Assembly: GCF_963506605.1 (NCBI RefSeq)
Contig: NC_083281.1
Location: forward strand, 27,528,001 to 27,592,000
Direction of reading: 5' to 3'
DNA length: 64,000 bases
DNA from: Zootoca vivipara
Taxonomy: Eukaryota
Position numbers and translations under genes: made by a program. The notes under the pieces are model-generated. The model was not told the DNA's origin and did not search any database. It saw only the letters and a program-made list of their open reading frames with translations. Shown here in pieces: positions 56,644 through 64,000 of this stretch. Numbering within the stretch: the stretch's first letter is position 1; every line of letters begins with the position of its first letter.

Positions 56644-59600
56644 TATTAATATTTATACCCCGCCCATTTGGCTGGGTCTCCCCAGCCACTCTGGGTGGCT
56701 TCCAACAGAAGAATAAAACACAATAATCTATTAAACATTAAAAGCCTCCCTGAACAGGGCTGCCTTCAGATGTCTTCTAAAAGTCTGGTAGTTTTTTTCC
56801 TTTTTGACATCTGTTGGGAGGGCGTTCCACAGGGTAGGCGCCACCACCGAGAAGGCCCTATGCAAAACTTACCGGAAAAATAAGAAATCAAGTTAACAAA
56901 CTTTTAATAAAAGAATGGAAATGGTTTATTTAATATTTACAAACTGTAGACAGATTAGAACATTGGCAGGATTGTTGTAATAACCTGCAGTTTTATAAGA
57001 GTATACATTTAAAGTAGATGAATAAATGAGCAAATTAAGTTAATTTGGATATGCAGAAAATATCAAAAATAAATGTAAGGAACTGCAAAAAGGGGGGAAG
57101 GAAGTCACATTTTGAAATGTTAAAATGATTGTAAAATTATTGAAATGTATAAAATTGAAACTCATAAAAAGCATATGCATTTCTGTACACATTATTGGCT
57201 GGAATACTGCAGTGCAAAATTTGCAGGAATTTCGGTTTTGATACTGGTAGTTCAAATTAGGTGGACTCGCCTCTAGACATGGGTGCCAACTTCCTTGGGC
57301 CCTGGGTGCCCGAGCACCCACAAAATTCTCCATGAAGGGGCCAGGCACCCACAAATTTTGGTGCCAGGGCTGTGCATGCTACATGGCACTCACGGCCCCA
57401 GGCTCCCATGGTTGCAGTGCCAAGCTGACGCTCCTGCCTCTAAATGTGAACTGAATGGAATTTCTTCCCCGTCCCCTACTTGCAGGGAGGGCTGCTTTTG
57501 CAACAGAGGCTACATTCTTAGCGGAGGAGCTTGTGTGCCCCTGGACCATTGCGGCTGCACTCTGAACGGCCGGTATTACCAGGTGGGAGATGACGTGATC
57601 CTGACAGATACCTGCAGCCAGAAATGCTCCTGTAGGCGCCCTTCTCACCCCATGGAGTGCCAGAAGCATGAGTGTGGGGCTCTGGAAACATGCAGAGTTG
57701 TGGGCGGCGTGCTGGGCTGTTACCCGGCGACCTTTGGCAACTCCTGGATGTTTGGGGACCCCCATTACATCACTTTTGATGGGGTCGCATTTGACTACGA
57801 GGGAACGTGCAAATACACGCTGAGCAAGTACTGTGCCCCCCAGGGAGCCCTCCCTTACTTCGCCATAAAAGTGGAGAACGAACACCGGGGCTCCTTGGCC
57901 GCAACATGGGCACGTCTGGTAGAGATAGATGTCTATGGGGAGCACATTGCCATAGCGGCTGGTCAGTACGGCAAAGTGCAGGTAAGGACCTTGTCCATAT
58001 TCTTTCCTTGTCTGGTTCCACCTGGCATTATTTTGTGTTGCATGGCAGAGAAGGATGTCAATGGTTGGATGCACAAACTCTTGAGCAGGCTTGGCAGAGG
58101 AGGAGGAACACGGGCTGAACGCAGATCCAGACCTGGATCCCTGTCGTCACGCTCAACGGGATGCATGTTCTTAATTGTGTTTTTTATTTATTTGATGGTA
58201 TTTGTATACTAGTTGATCGTAGGGTTGCCATATGTCTGGAACTTCCCGGATCCATCCTGAATACTGCATTCGGCAGCAGTGTCCAGGCAAGTCTAGTCGT
58301 ATGGCAAGCCATGTCAGTAGTGTCATTTTCACTTGTTTTCCTTAAGAGTAGCTCAAAAGCATCATTTTTTGTGTGTGTGTGATTTTGCAAAAAAGAACAT
58401 CAACAACTTTGGCCAAAAGCAAAACAAAACAAAAAACTCAATGACTTTTCACTCTGGATTTTCACGGTCCGGATTCTTATAAGCAGTTTACAGAAAATAA
58501 AATGCACATTAAGATTATAAGTAAAAGTCATTTAACCTACTCCCCTCCCAAAAAACATATAAATAAAATCATTTAAAAAAAAAAGATACGTTGTTTTCAG
58601 CACTATACCTCCAGCATCTATCTGAATTAGACACTGCCTTTCTATACAAATATTGTGCAGTCCAAGGGCTGGTGTCCATCCTGGCTCTCTTGCAAATGTG
58701 GATCCTGAATCAGCAGGGGGCGCACACATAAAACCCTCCTCCTGCGTATGAATGACCCTTTGCTACAAATGGTTGTCACCTATACTTTTGAATTCATGTT
58801 GCAACTTAAGCCGGTGGCTCTTATTTGGCTGGTACAATATCTTACTTACTAGTCTTATTTTGGATCTAGCCAGTACTTTTTTTCTGGGGGGGATGCAGGG
58901 GTTCACATACCCCCTAAACATTTTTTGTTTTGTTTTTCAATATCAGTAGGAAAATGAGAGTACCCCTAAACATTTTTCAAGGAAAAAAACTACTGGCTCT
59001 AGCTATTTATTGTAGCTGTGCTAGGATGTACTAAACCAGCAAATTCTGAAGATGCCAAGGTTTGGCCAGTGAGAAATGGTGCAATGGTAAAACCTTCAGA
59101 AGGTATTACATCCACAACTGAAATGTTTACTTGCTTATTAATCAGGGGGGGGGGGTTACAGTTGGTTTTCGAACAGCTTAGTTCTCGAATGTTCTGGATT
59201 GCTTAATATGTAAAGTAAGTGTGCTGCACCCTTTTGTTAAGTGGTGGAAGGAATGTAACTCTGGGTTAAATTGGTTGCTATTCAGTAATCCCCCAAGAGC
59301 ACTCTGTGGTCCAACCACTAATATGCAGCACAAATCTATCTGACAGAAATGTGGGCAGAGAAAACCACATCAGTAATTTATTATTATTATTGAAATCAAT
59401 AAAGTGGTTTGCTCATTAAAGTAGGCTTGGCTACGTCCAACCACAATTCGGCTTGAGGAATGTATGCTGCACCAGCTTAAAAAGTGCTTTGATAGACAAA
59501 TCACATGCACCTCTACTATACTTGTTTGGGAAATGGGGGGGGGAGGACTGGGCTGCAACAGAGCCATTTCCCTCTGGGAACATTGGAAGCTGCTTTTAAT

Positions 59601-62600
59601 GAGTCAGACTGCTATTCCACCTGGCTCAGTATCGTGCATGCTGATTGGCAGTGCCTCTCCAGGGTTTGAGATTGGGAGTCCCTACCTGCCCTAGGTGGAG
59701 ATGGCGGGGGTGGAAATTGGGATCCTCTGCATCTTCTAACACTGAGTTACTGCCACTACCAAAAAAGTAATGGATGGTGGAGGGCTTCCGAAAAGATTGA
59801 CGATCATCATAGTTGGGAAGGATGCTCTGTAGTGACAAGCAGACGCTCTCCGGGACGTCAACCCTACTCGGAGATGCCAGGGATTGAACTGAAACCTTCT
59901 ACATGTGAAGTATGTATAGATGGAGAAGCTATGGCCTGTATCCATCTAGGCTGTGTTGTGTTTCCCCTGTGTGCTGAAGTATTGTTACAACATTTTGTTC
60001 TGCCTCTCCTCTACGTAGTTCCATACTTCTCCCATTTTAAAAACACAATTAAGTTGTCTGAAACCACATGCCCCACCCAGAACTTGTGATGGGTGAATTT
60101 GTGGCTGGACAGTGTTGCTGAACTCCAACTACCATCAGCCCCAGCCAGCATGGCCAATGGCCAGGGATGATGAGAGCTGGAGTCCATCAACGTCTGGAGG
60201 GCACTGAGTTGGGAAAGGCCTCAAGAACATCTTATTGGACACTTTTGAAAGCCTATGAGATGGCGGTGAAAGCTGCAAAGAAGTCTTACTTCTCAGCTTC
60301 CATCGCATCCGCTAGCTCTCGCCCGGCACAACTTTTCAGAATAATTAGGTCTCTAACAACCCTAGAGGAACAGCCAGATTTAAATACGAATTTTACCCAT
60401 AGCTGTGAGGCATTTGTGAGCTTTTTTTGTGGAGAAAGTCTTGATACTCCGCCGTGTCCTCCCTGCCAATTTGGATACAATAACAGAACTGGAGGCCCCT
60501 TGACTGTCTTCAAGTCCAGTATTGGACCACTTCGATCAGATACTCCCTGCCGATGTAGACAGATTCCTCCGAGCTGGAAGGCCCACCACTTGCTCCCTTG
60601 ACCCGTGCCCGTCCAGGCTGATTAGAGCGTGTCCAGATGAGGTACGGGCCCCCCTGGGTGAGATCATCAACTTGTCCCTTGGCACAGGGACTTTCCTAGA
60701 GGAGTTGAAGGAAGCAGTGGTGCGTCCGCTCTTAAAGAAAACATCTCTAGATCCTTTAGATCTATCCAATTATCGTCTGGTTTCAAATCTTCCGTACCTG
60801 GGTAAGATAATTCAGAGAGCGGTTGCCGAACAGCTTGGTAGGTTTCTGGATGAGACATCAGCTCTAGATCTATTTCAGTCCGGCTTTCGCCCTGGTCATG
60901 GGACCGAGACGGCTCTGGTCGCCTTAACAGATGATCTCCATAGACAGCTGGATCAAGGTGGGTCGGGGCTGCTGATTCTTTTAGATTTGTCAGCAGCCTT
61001 TGATATGGTCGATCATGAACTTTTAGACCACCGCTTTGCTGACGTGGGGATTCAGGGCACAGTCCAACAATGGCTGCGCTCCTTTATCTCAGGTCGGGGG
61101 CGGAGGGTGGCGCTAGGGATGGAGTTGTCACTGCGGCACTCCTTGGTGTGTGGAGTCCCGCAAGGTGCAATCCTTTCCCTGATGCTTTTTAATATCTTTA
61201 TGCGCCCCCTTGCCCAGATTGTCCAGAGTTTTGGGCTGGGTTGTCATCAATATGCTGATGACACCCACCTCTATCTGTTGATGGACGGCTGCCCTGCCTC
61301 GGCGCCAGACACACTGACCAAGTGCTTGGAAGCTGTGGCTGGATGGCTACGTGGGAGCCGGTTGAAGCTAAATCCTTCGAAGACAGAGGTCCTCTGGCTG
61401 GGTCGGGACTACATGGGGTTGGGGGGTCAACTCCCATCTCTTGCAGGGGCTCAATTAGTGCCAGTGCCTTCTGTCAAGAGCTTGGGTGTAACCTTCGACG
61501 CCTCCTTTTCCATGGAGGCGCAGGTTGCAGCCACAGCTAAGGAGGCCACGGGATCACATTCATCCAGTGCTTTACCAGCTGCACTGACTCCCGGTAGAGT
61601 ACAGGATCAGGTTTAAGGTGTTGGTTTTGACCTTTAAAGCCCTATGCAGCTTGGGAACCTTGAACCTACAGGACCACCTCTCCTGGCATGCCTTGCGGAG
61701 GACCTTAAGGTCCACAAACAACAATATTCTGGAGATCCTGAGCCATAAGGGCAAGGGCCTTTTCAGTATTGGCCCCAATTTGGTGGAACGCTCTCTCACA
61801 GGAGACCAGGGCCCTGCGGGATTTGTCATCTTTCCACAGGGCCTGCAAGACAGAGCTGTTCCGCCTGGCCTTTGAGTTGGATTCAGTCTGACCCCTGTGT
61901 TTTCCTCCCTCATGGTTTGGATTTATGGACTACTTAAAATGAGGCTGCATTTTAAATTTTAATATTGTATTTGAATCTGTATTTTAATTAATTGTTTTCT
62001 TTTCTTTTATGTCTTATTGTAATTTTATTGGTGTTGGCCGCCCTGAGCCCGGTTTTGACTGGGGAGGGCGGGGTATAAATAAAAATTTATTATTATTTTT
62101 ACTTAAATGGGGATGTGAATGCCGCCATAATGGTTTGAGAAAGACATCTCCCTGCCTTTCTTTCCATTTAGCTGAATGGCATCCTCCTCCAGCTGCCTTT
62201 CGACTTTGGAAACGGGAAGATCTATGGCTACTATAGTGGCTTCTCTGCCATCATCCAGACCGATTTTGGCCTCTTTGTCTCTTACGACTGGTCCTACTAT
62301 GTGTCATTTTCTGTCCCCAAGTCCTATTCCGGACTGCTCTGCGGCCTCAGTGGAGACTTCAATGGGAACCGGAGCGACGACTTCAAAAGCCCCGATGGCA
62401 CTGTGCTTCTGGATGCTGTCGCTTTTAGCAATAGCTGGAAGGAGGCCACCTCACCTTTCCACTGCACAGCGGTTGGGTTTCCGCCACACTGTGACAAAGA
62501 CCTGCTAGACCGGTATTCCTCTGTGAGCTCCTGCGGAATCATCCGCGATCCAGATGGGCCATTTAGACTCTGCAGTGACCCCGATGTGGCTCAGGTCTAC

Positions 62601-64000
62601 TTCGAGAGCTGCGTGAAGGATATGTGTGTCACGAACGGCAGCAATTTGTGCGAGGTCCTGGGCACATACGCCCAGCAGTGCCAAATTCACGGAGCCACCA
62701 TTAAGCCCTGGAGAGAGATCACTGGGTGTGGTAAGGGATTGCCAACTGGCATGTGAACTGCAATAGCAATACTGGTCACAGTGTTTTAGAGCAGTGGCTC
62801 TCAGACTGTGGCCTGCGAACTCTATTCAGGTGGCTCACAAAAAAACGGTTGCAGAACTGTCAAGAATATATGTTTTGGGCTAGGCACTTGATTTATTATT
62901 TCTGACAGTTGAGATCTTTTAGGGCTGGATTATTGAACAGGCTAATAAGGCCCCAGCCTGGGGCCAATGATTGTCATAATATGTTGCAGGCACGGTCCAT
63001 TTACTACTACTTCTTCTTTTTTTAAAAAAGAGATGTCAGTTAAAGACAAGGCTACAAGTTATGTTATGCATAGCTGCCAAGTTTTCCCTTTTCTCGCGAG
63101 GAAGCCTATTCAGCATAAGGGAAAATCCCTGTAAAAAAGGGATAACTTGGCAGCTATGATGTTATGATTTCTAGAATGAGAAAGAAAAGCTTATTAAATA
63201 TCCCATTGGGATCCCCCAGCAATTTTTTCAACTGGTTTACAGAAGGAGATTTATTTTTTTTAAGAATCACTGCTTTAGTGTATTCAAAGAACTTTGAACA
63301 CATTTTCTCACTCATCCTTGCAACAGTCCTATAAGGTAGGGGGGTGAGGTTGGGACTGAGAAATTAAGGCTGGCAAAAACAGCATCAGTGCCTGCTAAAG
63401 CCCCAGCACCAAAACAAAGTTCACCACTGAGGTCTGCTCTGCAATTCTCCTTTAAAAAAACAAAAAAGTTGTATCTGCCAAGGTGCCCATTGCAATCGAC
63501 TCCTCTACAGTTTTGACATATTTACTGACACCAGAATAGTTTCTTTAATTACTTTAGTGGTTTGTAATAGTTTCAAATGTAATTAAAGATAAGAGCTGGT
63601 CTTTCCCCTAGAGATTCATCTCCAGTGCCATAAGCAGTGCTTCAGCAAATGCTGTAATTTCACCTCTCTCCTGGTTCATGCATCCTTCTGAAAGGATTTC
63701 TCTATCCCTCATCAGCTTGTTATCTCTGTCCGTGGAGATAAGAACAACAGATAACTCTGTCATAATTATTCGCCACTTAATTACAACTTTCGGGGAGCTC
63801 CGAAAGCTGCGACTGACCTGCTTAGCTCCTTCCCGGAAGTCCGTCTCCTCTACAGTGTTGAAGGAGCTGCACTTTTGCATTCTCAATATCTTTTTGTTTG
63901 TGCTTGTTTCAGAGTTGCTCTGCCCTGCCAACAGCCACTATGAGCTCTGTGGACCTTCCTGCCCTCCTTCTTGCACCCACCCAGCTGTGCCCTCCAGTTG
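41797..64000 (+). CDS. Alpha-tectorin-like / FCGBP-like secreted glycoprotein (signal-NIDO-VWC-VWD-C8-TIL-VWC-VWD-C8-TIL...), 3' end outside the window
   Basis: Exons 41797-41836, 43043-43081, 43665-43795, 45400-45681, 52378-52515, 52735-52894, 54064-54479, 54912-55476, 56165-56267, 57486-57981, 62172-62730, 63913->64000. All GT-AG, phases compatible, no stops. [17 protein letters not shown] is shared with TECTA; FGDPHY, CGLCG-like and TIL motifs present. Confidence 0.92.
42132..42476. mobile_element. MITE with an internal perfect 71-bp inverted repeat
   Basis: CATAGCTGCCAA...TTGGCAGGTATG ends; arms at 42241-42311 and 42336-42406. Confidence 0.75.
43665..43795 (+). CDS. Tectorin-like exon (DELLYPYG...YQSLY)
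   Basis: 131 nt, AG/GT boundaries. Confidence 0.9.
44236..44371. mobile_element. 136-bp hairpin hAT-type MITE
   Basis: Same family as 11462-11597; TSD CTCTAATC. Confidence 0.9.
45240..45377. other. Assembly gap (N run)
   Basis: Run of N just upstream of an acceptor site. Confidence 1.
45400..45681 (+). CDS. Tectorin-like NIDO exon (VNNNGVV...SLSSK)
   Basis: 282 nt. Confidence 0.93.
46271..46406. mobile_element. 136-bp hairpin hAT-type MITE
   Basis: Same family as 11462-11597; TSD CCCTAAAC. Confidence 0.9.
47622..50845 (-). mobile_element. Full-length BovB (RTE) LINE, about 3.2 kb
   Basis: 11-bp TSD ATCCTCCTACT, (CAA)n tail, single intact ORF. Confidence 0.96.
47633..50734 (-). CDS. BovB ORF: APE endonuclease plus reverse transcriptase, 1033 aa
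   Basis: [26 protein letters not shown] (APE); [30 protein letters not shown] (RT). Confidence 0.96.
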   Translation of the reverse strand: MTKRDPPGEGTGKPLQYPCQENSMDKDNRHIKVMTLEDEPLRSEGVQHATEEERRTSTSRFRADEAAGPKPKGRSVADMPGSERKVRCCKEKYCIGTWNVRTMSGGKLDVVKNEMTRINIDILGISELKWKGMGEFSSGDYHIYYCGQESRSRNGVALIVNKRVAKAVMGCNLKNDRMISIRIQGRPFNITVIQVYAPTTGAEESEIDQFYEDLQHLLEMTPKKDVLLITGDWNAKVGNQEIKGTTGKFGLGVQNEAGQRLIEFCQENKLVITNTLFQQHKRRLYTWISPNGQHRNQIDYILCSQRWRSSIQSAKTRPGADCNSDHQLLIAKFQLKLKKVGKTTGPVRYNLNQIPYEYTVEVRNRFKDLDLVDRVPEELWMEARNIIQEAATKTIPRKRKCKKAKWLSNEALQIAEERRQAKCKGDRERYRKLNADFQKTARRDKRVFLNEQCKEIEENNRMGKTRDLFKKIGDMKGAFRTKITIIKDKSGKDLTEAEDIKKRWQEYTEELYQKDMEVSYTPGSVVADLEPDILESEVKWALESTANNKASGSDDIPAELFKILKDDAVKVLHPICQQVWKTQQWPEDWRRSVYIPIPKKGSAKECSNYRTIALISHASKVMLKILQGRLRQYVDRELPEVQAGFRKGRGTRDQIANMRWIMEKAREFQKNVYFCFIDYAKAFDCVDHSKLWQVLKEMGVPDHLICLLRNLYVGQEATVRTGYGTTDWFKIGKGVRQGCILSPCLFNLYAEFIMRKAGLDESQAGIKIAGRNINNLRYADDTTLMAESEEELKNILMRVKEESAKYGLKLNIKKTKIMATGPITSWQIEGEEMEAVRDFTFLGSLITADGDSSHEIKRRLLLGRKAMTNLDSILKSRDITLPTKVRIVKAMVFPVVIYGSESWTIKKADRRRIDAFELWCWRRLLRVPWTARRSNLSILKEISPECSLEGQIVKLRLQYFGHLMRREESLEKTLMLGKMEGTRRRGRQRTRWLDSVLEATNMSLTKLREAVQDRSAWRAMVHGVTKSRTRLND
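51916..52294 (+). mobile_element. Sauria SINE
   Basis: GGGACGTGGGTGGTGCTGTGG head, (ACCTTT) tail. Confidence 0.85.
52378..52515 (+). CDS. Tectorin-like NIDO exon (VNTFQAV...TPAQ)
   Basis: 138 nt. Confidence 0.93.
52735..52894 (+). CDS. Tectorin-like exon (AGFNNGD...NGCVYK)
   Basis: 160 nt, phase 0-1. Confidence 0.92.
54064..54479 (+). CDS. Tectorin-like exon (VWC and N-half of VWD1)
   Basis: 416 nt; [10 protein letters not shown]. Confidence 0.92.
54912..55476 (+). CDS. Tectorin-like exon (C-half of VWD1 and C8)
   Basis: 565 nt; TCGLCG, GPFANC, WRSDEFC. Confidence 0.93.
55717..55759. repeat. (GT)n microsatellite
   Basis: Direct reading; a hairpin MITE follows at about 55764-55900. Confidence 0.95.
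56165..56267 (+). CDS. Tectorin-like exon (N-half of TIL1)
   Basis: [18 protein letters not shown]; ends in phase 2. Confidence 0.92.
56269..57478. mobile_element. hAT-type non-autonomous element that forms an entire intron, with nested L1, L2 and MITE insertions
   Basis: 8-bp direct repeat CTTGCAGG at 56261-56268 and 57479-57486; imperfect TIRs TAAGGACAGGCAAATCCATCAGTT and (reverse complement) TAGGGGACGGGGAAGAAATTCCATTCAGTT. Confidence 0.78.
56522..57169 (+). mobile_element. 5'-truncated L1 3' end, itself interrupted by a minus-strand L2 3' end (about 56601-56858)
   Basis: [17 protein letters not shown]; TSD AGCATATGC (56513-56521, 57170-57178). Confidence 0.78.
57486..57981 (+). CDS. Tectorin-like exon (C-half of TIL1, VWC, N-half of VWD2)
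   Basis: [18 protein letters not shown]...[11 protein letters not shown]. Confidence 0.93.
60220..62098 (+). mobile_element. 5'-truncated L2-clade LINE with RT domain
   Basis: ORF 60522-61616 has [21 protein letters not shown] and LKLNPSKTE; internal deletion near 61540; ataaat/att tail. Confidence 0.9.
62172..62730 (+). CDS. Tectorin-like exon (C-half of VWD2 and C8)
   Basis: 559 nt; LNGILLQLP...[12 protein letters not shown]...WREITGC. Confidence 0.92.
63069..63158. mobile_element. 90-bp hAT-type mini-MITE
   Basis: TIR CATAGCTGCCAAGTT; TSD ATGTTATG. Confidence 0.88.
63913..64000 (+). CDS. Tectorin-like exon (TIL2), truncated by the window edge
   Basis: [18 protein letters not shown]. 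Confidence 0.88.

Noticed and set aside
57283-57485. N-terminal part of the 309-aa ORF as coding sequence
   Set aside because: This is intronic MITE sequence read in frame; the real exon starts at 57486.
41797-64000. Assigning the symbol TECTA or FCGBP
   Set aside because: It is diverged from TECTA, and FCGBP lacks NIDO; orthology cannot be shown without a phylogeny.

Overview
Squamate (lizard, probably lacertid; inferred from Sauria SINE/BovB/Squam3-like repeats) genomic DNA with three + strand multi-exon genes in dense TE sequence. (1) A 6-exon SULT2-family sulfotransferase-like gene (CDS 2349-14398, 275 aa) with an intact frame but several PAPS-binding residues replaced. (2) A secreted NIDO-only protein with an acidic tail (CDS 26332-33516, 314 aa), apparently a truncated tandem duplicate of gene 3. 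(3) An alpha-tectorin-like paralog (NIDO-VWC-VWD-C8-TIL-..., 41797 to beyond 64000). Mobile DNA includes a very young intact Tf1/sushi-type Gypsy chromovirus (2598-8410, - strand), two solo LTRs, an intact full-length BovB (47622-50845), L1/L2/CR1/RTE fragments, Sauria SINEs and many hAT and Tc1/mariner MITEs. The main observations are: (a) an intron of the tectorin-like gene (56268-57485) that appears to be a hAT-type transposon spliced out exactly using its own TSD and TIR (an introner-like intron gain in an amniote); (b) a Gypsy integrase with a cage-degenerate chromodomain followed by two tandem helix-acidic-FxGF motifs resembling LEDGF/TFIIS-N-binding TIM/IBM motifs, plus an LTR-encoded tail conserved between LTR families; (c) a candidate sulfotransferase pseudoenzyme; (d) a stand-alone NIDO protein. 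All calls were made by eye, and comparisons to known proteins are from memory.
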